A DNA stretch of 64,000 nucleotides. Origin: Polyangia bacterium (lineage in GTDB: Bacteria > Myxococcota_A > Polyangia > JAHFDS01 > DATFWX01). The stretch lies in contig DATFWX010000154.1 in NCBI GenBank assembly GCA_035258845.1, positions 2,659 through 66,658 of the forward strand, read 5' to 3'. Below, one piece after another: positions 18,968-28,683 of the stretch (position 1 is the first letter of the stretch; every line of letters begins with the position of its first letter). The position numbers and the translations under genes were made by a program. A model generated the notes under the pieces. That model worked only from the letters and a program-made list of their open reading frames with translations, ran no database searches and was not told the DNA's origin.

Positions 18968-19312
18968 ATGCTACGATGGGGGGTGTCGTCGTGGGCATGT
19001 TCGGTCTGCGGCGCCGACGGAGCCGGCGTGGCCCGCCGCTGCAGCGCCTGCCACTCGATCGTGTGCTCGCGCTGCATTTCGGACGCGAAGACGGGCGCGT
19101 GCGTAAATTGCGTGATCGAGGAGGGCGAGCGCTGGTTCAGCCCGGCCGCCGAGGAGCCGCTGGGCAAGCTGCCCCGTCGCATCCCGCTGGCGCTGCTGGC
19201 GCTCATCGTCGTGGGGCCGCTGCTCTTGATTGCGGTGGCCGCGCTGATGGGCCGCCTGCGACCGGAACGTCCCGAGCCGGCCCCGGTCCGCTTCGAGCTG
19301 CCTGCGCGATGA
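18968..19312 (+). CDS. membrane-anchored double zinc-ribbon protein
   Basis: Start at Met63 of ORF 18782..19312. Four CxxC pairs (CSVC, CSAC, CSRC, CVNC), then one TM helix (IPLALLALIVVGPLLLIAVAALM). Confidence 0.45.
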   Translation: MLRWGVSSWACSVCGADGAGVARRCSACHSIVCSRCISDAKTGACVNCVIEEGERWFSPAAEEPLGKLPRRIPLALLALIVVGPLLLIAVAALMGRLRPERPEPAPVRFELPAR

Positions 19313-19481
19313 AGGCGTGCGCGCGCAGCCGCCCGAAAATGCCCGGCGCACCCGAGTCTCGCGCAGCTGGGGGGGAGTCCACGCCAAGCCCGGGGCGCCG
19401 GGCAATTTCACCGTCTATTGGATTTTCTGTTAGTGCGCATTGGGCCCCTCGGCCAGTCTTTTTTTTACTTTTGGGAGCCGG

Positions 19482-20060
19482 GTGAATCCCCAGGCAGCTT
19501 CAACACTTGCACGCCTGACCGAGCGTTTGCGCCGCCATCAGCCGCGCAGCATGACCCTGGAGGGCTTTCGTCCGGCCGCCGTGCTGGCACCCGTCGTCGT
19601 GCGCGCGGACGAGCTCACGTTGCTTTTGACCGAGCGCACGAGCGATCTGCCCTCGCACGCGGGCCAGGTCGCATTTCCGGGCGGCAAGATCGATGCGACC
19701 GATCGCGATGCGGCCGCGTGCGCCGTGCGTGAGGCAGCCGAGGAGCTGGGGCTCGCCCCCGCCCAGGCCGAGGTGCTGGGCCGCCTCGACGACCTTCCCA
19801 CCCCGACCGGCTTCGTCATCAGCCCGGTGGTTGCGCTCGTACGCGCGGAGCCGCTGCTGCACCCCAACCCGAGCGAGGTGGCGAGCTTTTTCTACGCGCC
19901 CTTGGAAGCGCTGCGCGACCCGTCGTGCTTCGAGGTGCTGGGCGTGCGCGAGCTCCTCGGCGTCCACTATGAGCTCTACGCCTACCGATTCGAGGGGCAC
20001 ACCATCTGGGGTGCGACCGCTCGCATGGTCAAGCGGATCCTGGAGCTGGCGTACTCGTAG
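19482..20060 (+). CDS. Nudix hydrolase, CoA pyrophosphatase type
   Basis: Nudix box GGKIDATDRDAAACAVREAAEELGL, preceded by LLLTERTSDLPSHAGQVAFPGG. The GTG start after GGGAG is uncertain. Confidence 0.75.
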   Translation: MNPQAASTLARLTERLRRHQPRSMTLEGFRPAAVLAPVVVRADELTLLLTERTSDLPSHAGQVAFPGGKIDATDRDAAACAVREAAEELGLAPAQAEVLGRLDDLPTPTGFVISPVVALVRAEPLLHPNPSEVASFFYAPLEALRDPSCFEVLGVRELLGVHYELYAYRFEGHTIWGATARMVKRILELAYS

Positions 20061-21273
20061 CGGCCCGGTAGCGCAGCACCGGGTCGCGCTCGCGCAAGAG
20101 ATCGTCCACGTTGTCGATCTCGAGGATCCCGCGCCGGGCCAGGTACTCGACGTGCGCGCCCGCCTCCTGCAGGGCCAGGATTCGGTCATACCCCGAGCGC
20201 GGCCCGAACAGCTCGAGCGCAATCTCGCGCACCGTTTGGGCGCCCCCGCGCGCACACAGCATGCGCACTTTCTCGAGCCGCCGCCGGTGGAACTCTTCGA
20301 TCTCGGTGATGCGCTGGTACAGGTGCTCGATCGGCTCCTCGTGCCCCGGCAGGGCCAGATCGATCCCAGCCACGTGGCGGATCTTCTCGAGCGCTTCCAG
20401 ATAATGGTCGAGCCCGGTCGAGGGCGTGATGCTCTCGGGCGACTGATGGGGCGTGATGCGCGGCAGCACGTGGTCGGCGGTGAGCAGGATGTTGTCAATC
20501 TGCAGGCACACCTGACCCGGACAATGGCCGGGCGCGTGATGCGCGACGTATTCGTACACGCGGGCCCCGTCGGTGAGCACGCGGTCGACCGGCACCGGCT
20601 GAAAAAAATTCTTGGACGCCACGTACATTTCCTCGAGCTCGCGGAGCTCGTCCGCGGGCACGCCCGCGTGCCGGAGAAACGCGCGCACCCCGAGCGCCGC
20701 CACCACAATGCGCTCGGCGAAGTTGGTCAGCACGCGCAGGTCGTACTCGTGCACGTGGATCGCGCAGCCGCGTTCCCGCCAGAACCCCACACCCCCGAAG
20801 TGATCGATGTGCCCGTGCGAGATCACGACGTCGCGGACCTCGTCTAGGGGCGCGCCCTGCTCGTACACCTCGCGCAGCACGCGCGCCGCCCGCTCGAAAT
20901 CGTCCCGTGTGTTGGCGGTGCCGCTGCCCGCGTCGTAGAGCAGGGGCGCATGGCCGCGCCCCAAGATCAGGTACACGTTGTTGACGTGATTGGGAAAGGT
21001 CTCGATGGGCAGCAGGAAGATGCGGGCGCCGGACGCGCTCTGGAACGGCCGTAGGCCGCACACTCCGTACTGAGCCCGATACCGATCGCGGGCCCCGGTT
21101 GCGGCTGCGATCGAAAGCGCGCGCACGCGCTCGCGCGCCTCGTCGTCGACCCCGTCGGCGAGTGGGCCGGCGGCTGCCAGCACCTCGCCCTGGGTCATGC
21201 CCGCGCCCGTGAAGATCTCGAGCTCGAGGCGGTTCAGTTGGCGGCGCAGCTCGTGGACCGGGCCGCGCGCCAC
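20029..21273 (-). CDS. MBL-fold metallo-hydrolase
   Basis: Metal motif VVISHGHIDHFGG, later ...HHAPGHCPG... The GTG start overlaps the stop of the upstream methyltransferase. The 3' end overlaps the convergent Nudix gene by 32 nt. Confidence 0.75.
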   Translation of the reverse strand: MARGPVHELRRQLNRLELEIFTGAGMTQGEVLAAAGPLADGVDDEARERVRALSIAAATGARDRYRAQYGVCGLRPFQSASGARIFLLPIETFPNHVNNVYLILGRGHAPLLYDAGSGTANTRDDFERAARVLREVYEQGAPLDEVRDVVISHGHIDHFGGVGFWRERGCAIHVHEYDLRVLTNFAERIVVAALGVRAFLRHAGVPADELRELEEMYVASKNFFQPVPVDRVLTDGARVYEYVAHHAPGHCPGQVCLQIDNILLTADHVLPRITPHQSPESITPSTGLDHYLEALEKIRHVAGIDLALPGHEEPIEHLYQRITEIEEFHRRRLEKVRMLCARGGAQTVREIALELFGPRSGYDRILALQEAGAHVEYLARRGILEIDNVDDLLRERDPVLRYRAATSTPAPGSA

Positions 21274-22082
21274 TAACGCACCGCGAGCGCGAGGTGGCTG
21301 GCCATGGGCGCTTTGACCGCCCCCGCCTCGCCGAGCAGCGACAGATGCCGCTCGGCTGCCGCCACCATCCGCACGCGCGCTTCATCGGGCAGCGCCGCGA
21401 TTGCCGGTCCGACCGGCGTGGCCTGGAACACCGCGAGGGCCTGTGCAAATCCGCCCTCGAGCACGAGCGGCAGCTCGCGCCGCTCGACGCGCACCGCCAG
21501 AAAACCCGCCTGCGCGAGCGCGCCCTTGAGGGCATCGGGGCCGCCGAAGCTGAACGGCAGCTCGATGAGCTGCGCGGTTTCGCGCGGCAGCACCTCGCAC
21601 GCGATCGCGTGCAGCGCCCGGTAGATTGGGCACTCGTCGAGCGTTGCCCACACCGCCACCGCCAGTCGTCCCCGCGCTCGCAGCGCCCGGTGCATCTCGC
21701 GCAGCGCGGCCAGCCGATCGGAGAAAAACTGCAGGCCCTGCTGGCACGTGACCACGTCGAAGCTCTGGTCCTCGACCTTGAGCTGCGCCGCCTCCGCCCG
21801 CCGGTAGTCGATGTGCGCGGCTTCGGGGACGTCGGCCTGGCGAGCCAGCGCGAGCATGCCGTCCTCGTGATCGATGGCCAGCACCCGCCCGCTCGGGCCC
21901 ACGCGCTGGGCGCACGCGCGCGCGACCACGCCGGTTCCGGTCGCGACATCGAGTACCTGCTCGCCTGGCTGCGGCGCCACCGCATCCACGAGCACACGCG
22001 CCCAGGGCGCAAACAGGCGCGGCACCAGGATCTGATCGTAGGCCTGCGGCCGGCTCGCGGCGGCAAACGATGAAATCCCCAT
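21273..22082 (-). CDS. class I SAM-dependent methyltransferase
   Basis: Start at Met158 of ORF 21273..22553. Motif I VLDVATGTGVVA, plus ...FDVVTCQQGLQFF... Confidence 0.8.
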   Translation of the reverse strand: MGISSFAAASRPQAYDQILVPRLFAPWARVLVDAVAPQPGEQVLDVATGTGVVARACAQRVGPSGRVLAIDHEDGMLALARQADVPEAAHIDYRRAEAAQLKVEDQSFDVVTCQQGLQFFSDRLAALREMHRALRARGRLAVAVWATLDECPIYRALHAIACEVLPRETAQLIELPFSFGGPDALKGALAQAGFLAVRVERRELPLVLEGGFAQALAVFQATPVGPAIAALPDEARVRMVAAAERHLSLLGEAGAVKAPMASHLALAVR

Positions 22083-22146
22083 GGGAACACGGTACGCCGA
22101 ACTGCCCGCTTCTGCAACCAGGCGGAATCCGCGATAGAATCGAAGC

Positions 22147-23175
22147 ATGCTCATCCTCATGCGAAACCACGCCACAGCCGAGGAGATCGAGGCCGTGTGC
22201 GCGCGCATTCGCGAGCTCGGTTTCACGCCGAACAAGATCCCGGGCTCGATGCGGGTCGCCATCGGGATCACGGGCAACGAGGGCCCCATCGATCCCGACC
22301 TGTTCGCGCGCTGCCCCGGCATCGCGGAAGCAGTGCCGGTCTCGCGGCCCTGGAAGCTGGTCTCGCGCGAGGTCAAGCCCGAGGACACGGTGGTCACGCT
22401 GCCGGGGCCCGAGGGCGCACCGGCGCAGTTCGGCGGCGGCGCGTTTGGCATCATCGCGGGCCCATGTGCGGTCGAGTCGCGCGAGCAGCTCATGGCGGCC
22501 GCGCGCGCGGTGCGGGCTGCGGGCGCTCGCTTTCTGCGCGGCGGCGCGTTCAAGCCCCGTACCTCGCCCTACTCGTTTCAGGGGCTCAAGGAGGAGGGGC
22601 TCAAGCTGTTGGCCGAGGCGCGCGCCCAGACCGGCATGCCCATCGTCACCGAGGTGATGGACACGCAGACGGTCGAGCTGGTGGGCCGCTATGCCGACGT
22701 GCTGCAAATCGGTGCGCGCAACATGCAGAACTTTGCGCTGCTGGAGGCGTGCGGGCAGATGCGCAAGCCGGTGATGCTCAAGCGCGGCATGTCGGCCACC
22801 ATCTCGGAGTTTCTGATGGCGGCCGAGTATCTGGTCAAGAACGGCAACTATCAGATCATCCTGTGCGAGCGCGGCATCCGCACGTTCGAGACCATGACCC
22901 GCAACACGTTGGATCTGGGATCGATCCCGCTGCTCAAGCGGCTGACGCACCTGCCCGTGATCGTGGATCCGTCACACGGAACCGGTGATTACCGTTCGGT
23001 GCCGGCGCTTTCGCGGGCGGCGCTGGCGCTGACCGCGGACGGCCTGATGGTGGAGGTGCACCCCGATCCCGCGCGTGCCCGCTCCGACGGCCCCCAGTCG
23101 CTGACCCCGGCCAACTTCGGCAAGCTGATGGACTCGCTGCGGGCGCTGGCCCCGGTGGTGGGTTTGCGCCTGTAA
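22147..23175 (+). CDS. aroF: 3-deoxy-7-phosphoheptulonate (DAHP) synthase, type I-beta with an N-terminal regulatory domain
   Basis: ...[11 protein letters not shown]...[19 protein letters not shown]...[11 protein letters not shown]...KRG...[12 protein letters not shown]...VIVDPSH... Confidence 0.9.
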   Translation: MLILMRNHATAEEIEAVCARIRELGFTPNKIPGSMRVAIGITGNEGPIDPDLFARCPGIAEAVPVSRPWKLVSREVKPEDTVVTLPGPEGAPAQFGGGAFGIIAGPCAVESREQLMAAARAVRAAGARFLRGGAFKPRTSPYSFQGLKEEGLKLLAEARAQTGMPIVTEVMDTQTVELVGRYADVLQIGARNMQNFALLEACGQMRKPVMLKRGMSATISEFLMAAEYLVKNGNYQIILCERGIRTFETMTRNTLDLGSIPLLKRLTHLPVIVDPSHGTGDYRSVPALSRAALALTADGLMVEVHPDPARARSDGPQSLTPANFGKLMDSLRALAPVVGLRL

Positions 23176-23204
23176 CTGGCGCCGATTACTATTCTCCAGC
23201 CGGC

Positions 23205-23447
23205 ATGCGCGTGGAAATCTATACACGCACCGAGTGCTGTTTGTGCGTAGAGGCGAAGGCCGTGTTGGCGCGCGTGCGCGTCGAGTTGCCGTTCGAGCTT
23301 CATGAGATCGACGTCGACAGCGACGCCGAGCTGCGGGCGCGCTTTGGCGCCGAGGTGCCGGTGGTGTTCGTGGGCGGCCGCAAGGCGTTCAAGTATCGGG
23401 TCGACGAGGCCGCGCTGAGGCGCAAGTTGCAGGCGGCGCGCCCATGA
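23205..23447 (+). CDS. glutaredoxin-like small thioredoxin-fold protein
   Basis: 80 aa. ...IYTRTECCLCVEAK...VPVVFVGG... The 4-nt ATGA overlap links it to the next gene. Confidence 0.7.
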   Translation: MRVEIYTRTECCLCVEAKAVLARVRVELPFELHEIDVDSDAELRARFGAEVPVVFVGGRKAFKYRVDEAALRRKLQAARP

Positions 23448-24007
23448 CGGTCGACCAGCGCACCCTCCTGGCGATTGCGGTGGCGGTGGTGCTGATGGGA
23501 GCGCTGGCCTGGCCGGCCGCACAGGCCTTGCGCCCCGAGGTCGAGCGCGAGCAGAAACAGATCTGCCTGCCGCTGGAGCCGCAGCCCTGGACCGTTAGAC
23601 CGGCGCGCCCGTTCACGCTCAAGGATTTCGCCGGGCGCGACATCTCGCTCGACGACTACCGGGGCCGGGTGGTTTTCCTCAACTTCTGGGCCACCTGGTG
23701 CCCCCCCTGCGTCGACGAAATGGGCGCGCTCGAGAAGCTGGCGAAAGCATTCAAGGGCCGTGACGACTTCGTGATGCTGGCGGTGAGCGAGGACCAATCC
23801 TGGAAAGACATCCGAACCTTTTTCCCGAGGGGCACGGCATTGACCGTGCTCATGGATCAGGATTGGACGGTCGCGCACACCTGGGGCACGCAGAAGCTGC
23901 CCGACACCTACCTGGTCGACAAGCAGGGCAAGGTACGCCACTACTTCATGAACAAGCGCGACTGGTCGAGCCCGCAGGCCTTGGCCTGCATCCAGTCGCT
24001 GCTGTAA
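23444..24007 (+). CDS. TlpA-family thiol:disulfide oxidoreductase
   Basis: N-terminal TM anchor and the motif FWATWCPPC. Confidence 0.8.
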   Translation: MTVDQRTLLAIAVAVVLMGALAWPAAQALRPEVEREQKQICLPLEPQPWTVRPARPFTLKDFAGRDISLDDYRGRVVFLNFWATWCPPCVDEMGALEKLAKAFKGRDDFVMLAVSEDQSWKDIRTFFPRGTALTVLMDQDWTVAHTWGTQKLPDTYLVDKQGKVRHYFMNKRDWSSPQALACIQSLL

Positions 24008-24029
24008 AGCCGCCCGCAGGCGGAAGCCG

Positions 24030-25265
24030 CTATAGCGAGCCCAGGAAGGTCAGCAGATCGGCGCGCGCACCATCGCCCAGCCTGGCGAAATTGTCGCGTG
24101 CGCGGGCGCCCTGGCCGTCGTGGGCCAGGATCGCGTCCGGAATCGTGCTGGCGCGCCCGTCGTGCAGTAGGCTGGTCTCGGCGCGCACACCCCAGAGCGG
24201 AGCGGTGCGCATCAAGCGCCCGGTGGCCTGGTTCTGTGTGATGCCGTCGCCCAGGCTGCCCATGTCATGCAGCAGGAAATCCGAGAACGGCGCGAAGAGC
24301 TTGTGATCGAGCGCCGCGATCGAGCTGGAGCCGGTGCGCAGCACGGGCAGGTGGCAGTTGGCGCACCCGATCTGCACGAACACGATGGCGCCCGCGATCG
24401 CGCGCAGCGAGCCGGCCCCGGGCCCGCGCGGCGGCGCGCCCAGGAACGTCATGAAGTCGGTGAACTTGTTGACGTCCGCGCCGTCGTCGTTGAGGTCGGG
24501 CCGGGGATTGCAGCGCAGCAGCGCGCAGTCGCCCTGCGGGCAGCTCTCGTTGGGAAACGACGGATTCGTGATGCCCATCTCGTTGAGATAGGCATCGCCC
24601 GAGAACGCGTGCAGCGTCGGGACCTGCGCCTTCCAGCCGAACTTGCCAACCGCGGGCTGGCCGGTGTCCGGATTGGTCACCTCGCTGACCTGCCCGGCCT
24701 GCTCCGGGAAGGCCTCCGCCTCTACGGCCGCCACCGCGCGCAGCCTGGCCTCCGGTACCGCGTCGACCAGCCCGAAACCGAACAGCGGAGTGGTCCGCCG
24801 ACCGGTTTGGATGGTGGCCTCGGGCGGCACGACCTCGCCGACGTAGTTGCAATCGGGCGGCTCCGGACCGATGCCGCTCACCTGGATCAGCGAGCCGCCC
24901 AGCTCGGCCAGCGGGTTGAAGGTGCCGTCGTCATTGAGCCGGCCGAATCGCGTCTCCAGACGACCGTTGGTGCCGCCGACCGCGGGCCCGAGATGGCAGC
25001 CTGCGCACGCGATGTCGTTGAACACCGGGCCCAGGCCATCTGCGGGCGTCTCCTCTTCTTGAAAAGTGGTCTTGCCGTCGTCGAAGAGGGCGAGCTGGTC
25101 TTGGGTCAGCCCCGGTAGCGGATCGCCGAAGGCCGCCGCAGCCACCAGCTGCGCCTGCGCCATCTGCGATTCCAGGCCCTCGGCGTCCACCTCGCCGATG
25201 CCCCCGCAGCCGCCCCACCCGAACATCCCCCATGCCGCTAGAAATGAGATTGCCCGGTACGACAT
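24030..25265 (-). CDS. di-haem oxidoreductase / putative peroxidase (DUF1111 family)
   Basis: Start at Met33 (MSYRAISFLAAWGMFGWGGC). Two CXXCH motifs (CAGCH, CANCH). Confidence 0.75.
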   Translation of the reverse strand: MSYRAISFLAAWGMFGWGGCGGIGEVDAEGLESQMAQAQLVAAAAFGDPLPGLTQDQLALFDDGKTTFQEEETPADGLGPVFNDIACAGCHLGPAVGGTNGRLETRFGRLNDDGTFNPLAELGGSLIQVSGIGPEPPDCNYVGEVVPPEATIQTGRRTTPLFGFGLVDAVPEARLRAVAAVEAEAFPEQAGQVSEVTNPDTGQPAVGKFGWKAQVPTLHAFSGDAYLNEMGITNPSFPNESCPQGDCALLRCNPRPDLNDDGADVNKFTDFMTFLGAPPRGPGAGSLRAIAGAIVFVQIGCANCHLPVLRTGSSSIAALDHKLFAPFSDFLLHDMGSLGDGITQNQATGRLMRTAPLWGVRAETSLLHDGRASTIPDAILAHDGQGARARDNFARLGDGARADLLTFLGSL

Positions 25266-25610
25266 GTTGCACCTCCATGCCCGCCCGGGCCCGGCGCGCA
25301 CAGATCGGGCGCCGCCCGTATAGCTTTTTCGCGCGATTGATGTCAATTGAAATAATCCCAAAATCAGCTAAAATTAACGATAGTTACAATGATCACTGCC
25401 AACGTGTTGGTCGGTTTTCTGTGCAAGCCCGGGCGCGCTTGAGGACAATGTCATGAAAAGTGGCAGGCGCTGCCGATGTGCAGGATTTCAGCGGGAGCCT
25501 GTCAACATGCGGTTACAAGGCCGATCGCACGCGCAAGCGGCTTTGTAAAGCTCGGCACGACATCGCACTCGGATAATGTGACAACTTCGGGCGACACGGG
25601 TGAGCTTTGG

Positions 25611-25640
25611 GTTTAAGAAACGCGTGCCCGCGATCACGCG
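25611..25640 (-). terminator. candidate intrinsic terminator of the 983-aa gene
   Basis: Minus-strand hairpin CGCGUG-(8-nt loop)-CACGCG followed by UUUCUUAAAC. It lies about 25 nt after the stop at 25664. Confidence 0.4.
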
Positions 25641-25663
25641 GCGGGATGCACCGAACCGGCTGA

Positions 25664-28615
25664 TCAGTAGAGTTGCCCGACCTGGAATTGGAAGTAGATC
25701 TGGTCCTGACCGCCCGTCATCAACCCGCGCGCGTAGCCCAGCCGCAGCGAGGCGCCCTCGGCATAGCCGAGCACCACGTTCAGGCCCAGCTCCGCGCCTA
25801 CGCCCAGCTTGAAGTTTCCTAGATCGGTCCGGCCGAAGTACGCGTAGCCATAATCCGCATAGGCCGCGCCCACCAAGCGGGTGGCGTACACGGGCAGCGT
25901 GGACGCGCCGCGCTCGAGCTCGGCGATCGGGAAGCGGTACTCGGCGGTCCAGTCGTGAAACTGATCGCCGTAAAACGCACCGGGTGCGTAGCCGCGCAAG
26001 GACGGCGTCCCGGCCGGACACTGATCGGCGCGCACGCGCAGCGCGCACAAGAGCAGCTGCGCCCCCGACGCGTTGTCGCCAAATCCGCCCAGGAAATAGA
26101 GCCCGCGCCGGGACACGTTGCCGGTCGCGATCCCGCCCCCGTAATTGAGCATCAGCACGTGCCGACGCAGCGGCATCTGCAAGAATTCGCTCCAGCTCCA
26201 GGTGGCCTCGACCGTATGGAAATCGCCGCCCAGGCTCTCGTGGTTCAGGTTCAGATTGAAACCCAACGTGCGACCCTCCTCGGCGGTGACCGAGAAGCCG
26301 TAGCGGCGCACATTGGAGAACACGAAGCCGGCACCGAACCCGGACAGCGCCCCCTGCTCGGGCACCTGCGCAATGCCCTGGTTGGGATCGAGCGGCAGCC
26401 TGACCCGGTCGGCGGCCCGGAAGCTGTTGTAGTGATAGTTGAGGTTTACGGTTGCACTGTGGTCGATGTGGCGCACCACCGGCAGCGATGCCACCAGCGA
26501 CCAATCGAACTGCTCCTCGGCGTAAGGCTGCGGCACCGTGTCGATGACCAACCCGCCCGCGCGCACGGTGCGGTGGAAAAAGTTGCCCGACAAGGGCGCC
26601 CACAACCGATCCCAGGCGTAGCTGAGCCCTTCGTTGGTCTCCCCGCGGCCGCCCAATCCCTGCTCGAGGTGGAAGGTCCACGAGTGAATGCCGGTCGCGT
26701 CGCCACCCGAAAAATCGACGGTCAAGAGCTGCTCGAAGCCGCCCGGCACGGTCGTGATGGCCGCGATGCGCCACGGATGCACGGTCGACCAAGGCGAGTA
26801 TGGCTCTTCCTTGACCACCACGTTCTCGGGCGGCGCCTCCACCTCTGTCAACGGCAGCTCGTCGCGATCGGTTACGTAGGGCAGCGCCTCCTTGAACGTC
26901 GCCGGGTCGAACGCGGTGGCGTGAATGTCGTAGCCGAGCGACGAGAAGCCCTGGTAGAGCAGGGTCTGGCCGTCGTTGGCGAGCGCGGGCTCGAAGGCGC
27001 CGCCCAGGACGTTGGTGACCTGCCACAGCTTGCCGGTGGCGAGCTCGTACGCGTACACATCGTAGACGCCCGTGCGATCGCTCGCGAACAGAAGGTAGCG
27101 GCCGTCGGGCGAGTAGCGGGGCGTGATGTCCATCGCACGGTCGTGCGAGAGCGCGCGCGTGCGTCCGCTCTCGAGCTCATAGAGCACGATGTCCCGAAAC
27201 CCGCCCTCCTGCCACTCCGAGTAGGCGATGGTCTTGCCGTCGGGCGACCAGGTGGGCGTGTACACGCGCGCGCGCCCGTCGCGGTGGCGGACCAGAAAGC
27301 GGATGCCGCCCTCGCCGTCGGTGCGCACGATGGCCAGGCTCGATCCGCGGCCGCCCTCCTCGTTGGCCGAGAACGCGATGAAGCGGCCATCGGGCGACAC
27401 GTCGGGCGACAGCGCGCGCGCGCACCGGGTGAGCTGGCGGCGCCGGCCGGTCTCGACATCGACCACGAACAGCTCCTGATAAAAGTAGTTGGTGCGGCAC
27501 ACCTCGGCCTCGCTGGTGACCACGTGGCGGCCGTCCGGCAGCGGCACCGCATCGCCGCCCACTTCCATCTTGTACAGGACGCGAGGCACCCCGCCCTGTG
27601 CGGGCATCTTCATGAGCGCGACCCGGTCGTAGAGGTCATCGCGCACGTACATGATGTCGTTGCCGGGCCCAGGCCAAGCGTGTGGGTTGCGCGTGTTTTC
27701 GTGGTGCGTGGTCAGCACGCGCTCGGGCGTGCGGCCCCGCGCATCGATCTCGGCGCGCTGCACCTCGTAGCGGTGGCGCAGCCCGTCGTAGAACTCATGC
27801 CACAGGGCTTCGTAGTTCTGACCGACCGCCTCCGCGATGGCCTTGTTGATGCCGAACGGGACGACCACGCTCCCGTAGCGTCGCGAAACCTGGGCCAGCG
27901 CCTGGTCGCCGTAGCGATCGGCGATGAACTTGAGAAAGTACGAGCCGTACAGGTATGCGGTCGACCCGTGCGGGAACGCAAGCGCGCCCGAGCTGATCTT
28001 GTCGAGGCCCTGGAACTCGTCCTCGAGCACGGCCGCACGCAGGAACATGTCGAAGATACGGCTGCGCGTGCGGCCCGCGGTCGTGCGCGCGGATTCCTCG
28101 TAGGTGGCCAGCCCCTCGATGAACCAGCGCGGCTGCACTTGATTGGGCGCGTACACCTTGCCGAGACCCAGGCCCAGGACCACGTTGGCCAGCGTGGGCA
28201 GGCCTGACACGTTGTCGATGTGAAGGATGTGCGAGTACTCGTGGGTGATGAGCAGGTTGAACCAGTCGTCGAAATCGTTGAGCACGGATTCGCTTTCAGG
28301 GCCGGAGGCGAACAGGTGGATGAGGTTATAGGGCAGCACGCTGGCCGAGCCGTTGGCGGTGTCGACCTCGTCGCTGAGCACGATGTGGGTTGGGCGCGTG
28401 GGGACGTGGCCCAAGAGCGGCGCCAGGATGCGATGCGCACGCTCGGCCCGCACCGCCAGCGCGCGCGCTGCCAGCTCTTCACCCTGGTAGAAGTGGATCC
28501 GGAAGTGCTCGGTCTGGATGGTCCGCCAGCGTAGGCTGGGGTCGCCCGCGTACGCGCTCCGCGGCGCAGTCGAAACGGCGAGGACCAGCAGCAAACCCGT
28601 CCAGCGGGCCTTCAT
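25664..28615 (-). CDS. secreted multidomain protein: HExxH metallopeptidase-like domain + PD40/TolB-like beta-propeller + C-terminal Omp85-type beta-barrel
   Basis: Signal peptide (MKARWTGLLLVLAVSTAPRSAYA). HEYSH zinc motif. Repeated SPDG..IA(F/Y)S PD40 motifs. The C-terminal ~350 aa show an alternating beta pattern ending ...YFQFQVGQLY. Confidence 0.75.
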   Translation of the reverse strand: MKARWTGLLLVLAVSTAPRSAYAGDPSLRWRTIQTEHFRIHFYQGEELAARALAVRAERAHRILAPLLGHVPTRPTHIVLSDEVDTANGSASVLPYNLIHLFASGPESESVLNDFDDWFNLLITHEYSHILHIDNVSGLPTLANVVLGLGLGKVYAPNQVQPRWFIEGLATYEESARTTAGRTRSRIFDMFLRAAVLEDEFQGLDKISSGALAFPHGSTAYLYGSYFLKFIADRYGDQALAQVSRRYGSVVVPFGINKAIAEAVGQNYEALWHEFYDGLRHRYEVQRAEIDARGRTPERVLTTHHENTRNPHAWPGPGNDIMYVRDDLYDRVALMKMPAQGGVPRVLYKMEVGGDAVPLPDGRHVVTSEAEVCRTNYFYQELFVVDVETGRRRQLTRCARALSPDVSPDGRFIAFSANEEGGRGSSLAIVRTDGEGGIRFLVRHRDGRARVYTPTWSPDGKTIAYSEWQEGGFRDIVLYELESGRTRALSHDRAMDITPRYSPDGRYLLFASDRTGVYDVYAYELATGKLWQVTNVLGGAFEPALANDGQTLLYQGFSSLGYDIHATAFDPATFKEALPYVTDRDELPLTEVEAPPENVVVKEEPYSPWSTVHPWRIAAITTVPGGFEQLLTVDFSGGDATGIHSWTFHLEQGLGGRGETNEGLSYAWDRLWAPLSGNFFHRTVRAGGLVIDTVPQPYAEEQFDWSLVASLPVVRHIDHSATVNLNYHYNSFRAADRVRLPLDPNQGIAQVPEQGALSGFGAGFVFSNVRRYGFSVTAEEGRTLGFNLNLNHESLGGDFHTVEATWSWSEFLQMPLRRHVLMLNYGGGIATGNVSRRGLYFLGGFGDNASGAQLLLCALRVRADQCPAGTPSLRGYAPGAFYGDQFHDWTAEYRFPIAELERGASTLPVYATRLVGAAYADYGYAYFGRTDLGNFKLGVGAELGLNVVLGYAEGASLRLGYARGLMTGGQDQIYFQFQVGQLY

Positions 28616-28683
28616 CGGGTCGGGTCTATCTTAGCCGATGCGGTCTTGACGGCGCCATCGGAGCGGGCGGACAATTTAGGTGC

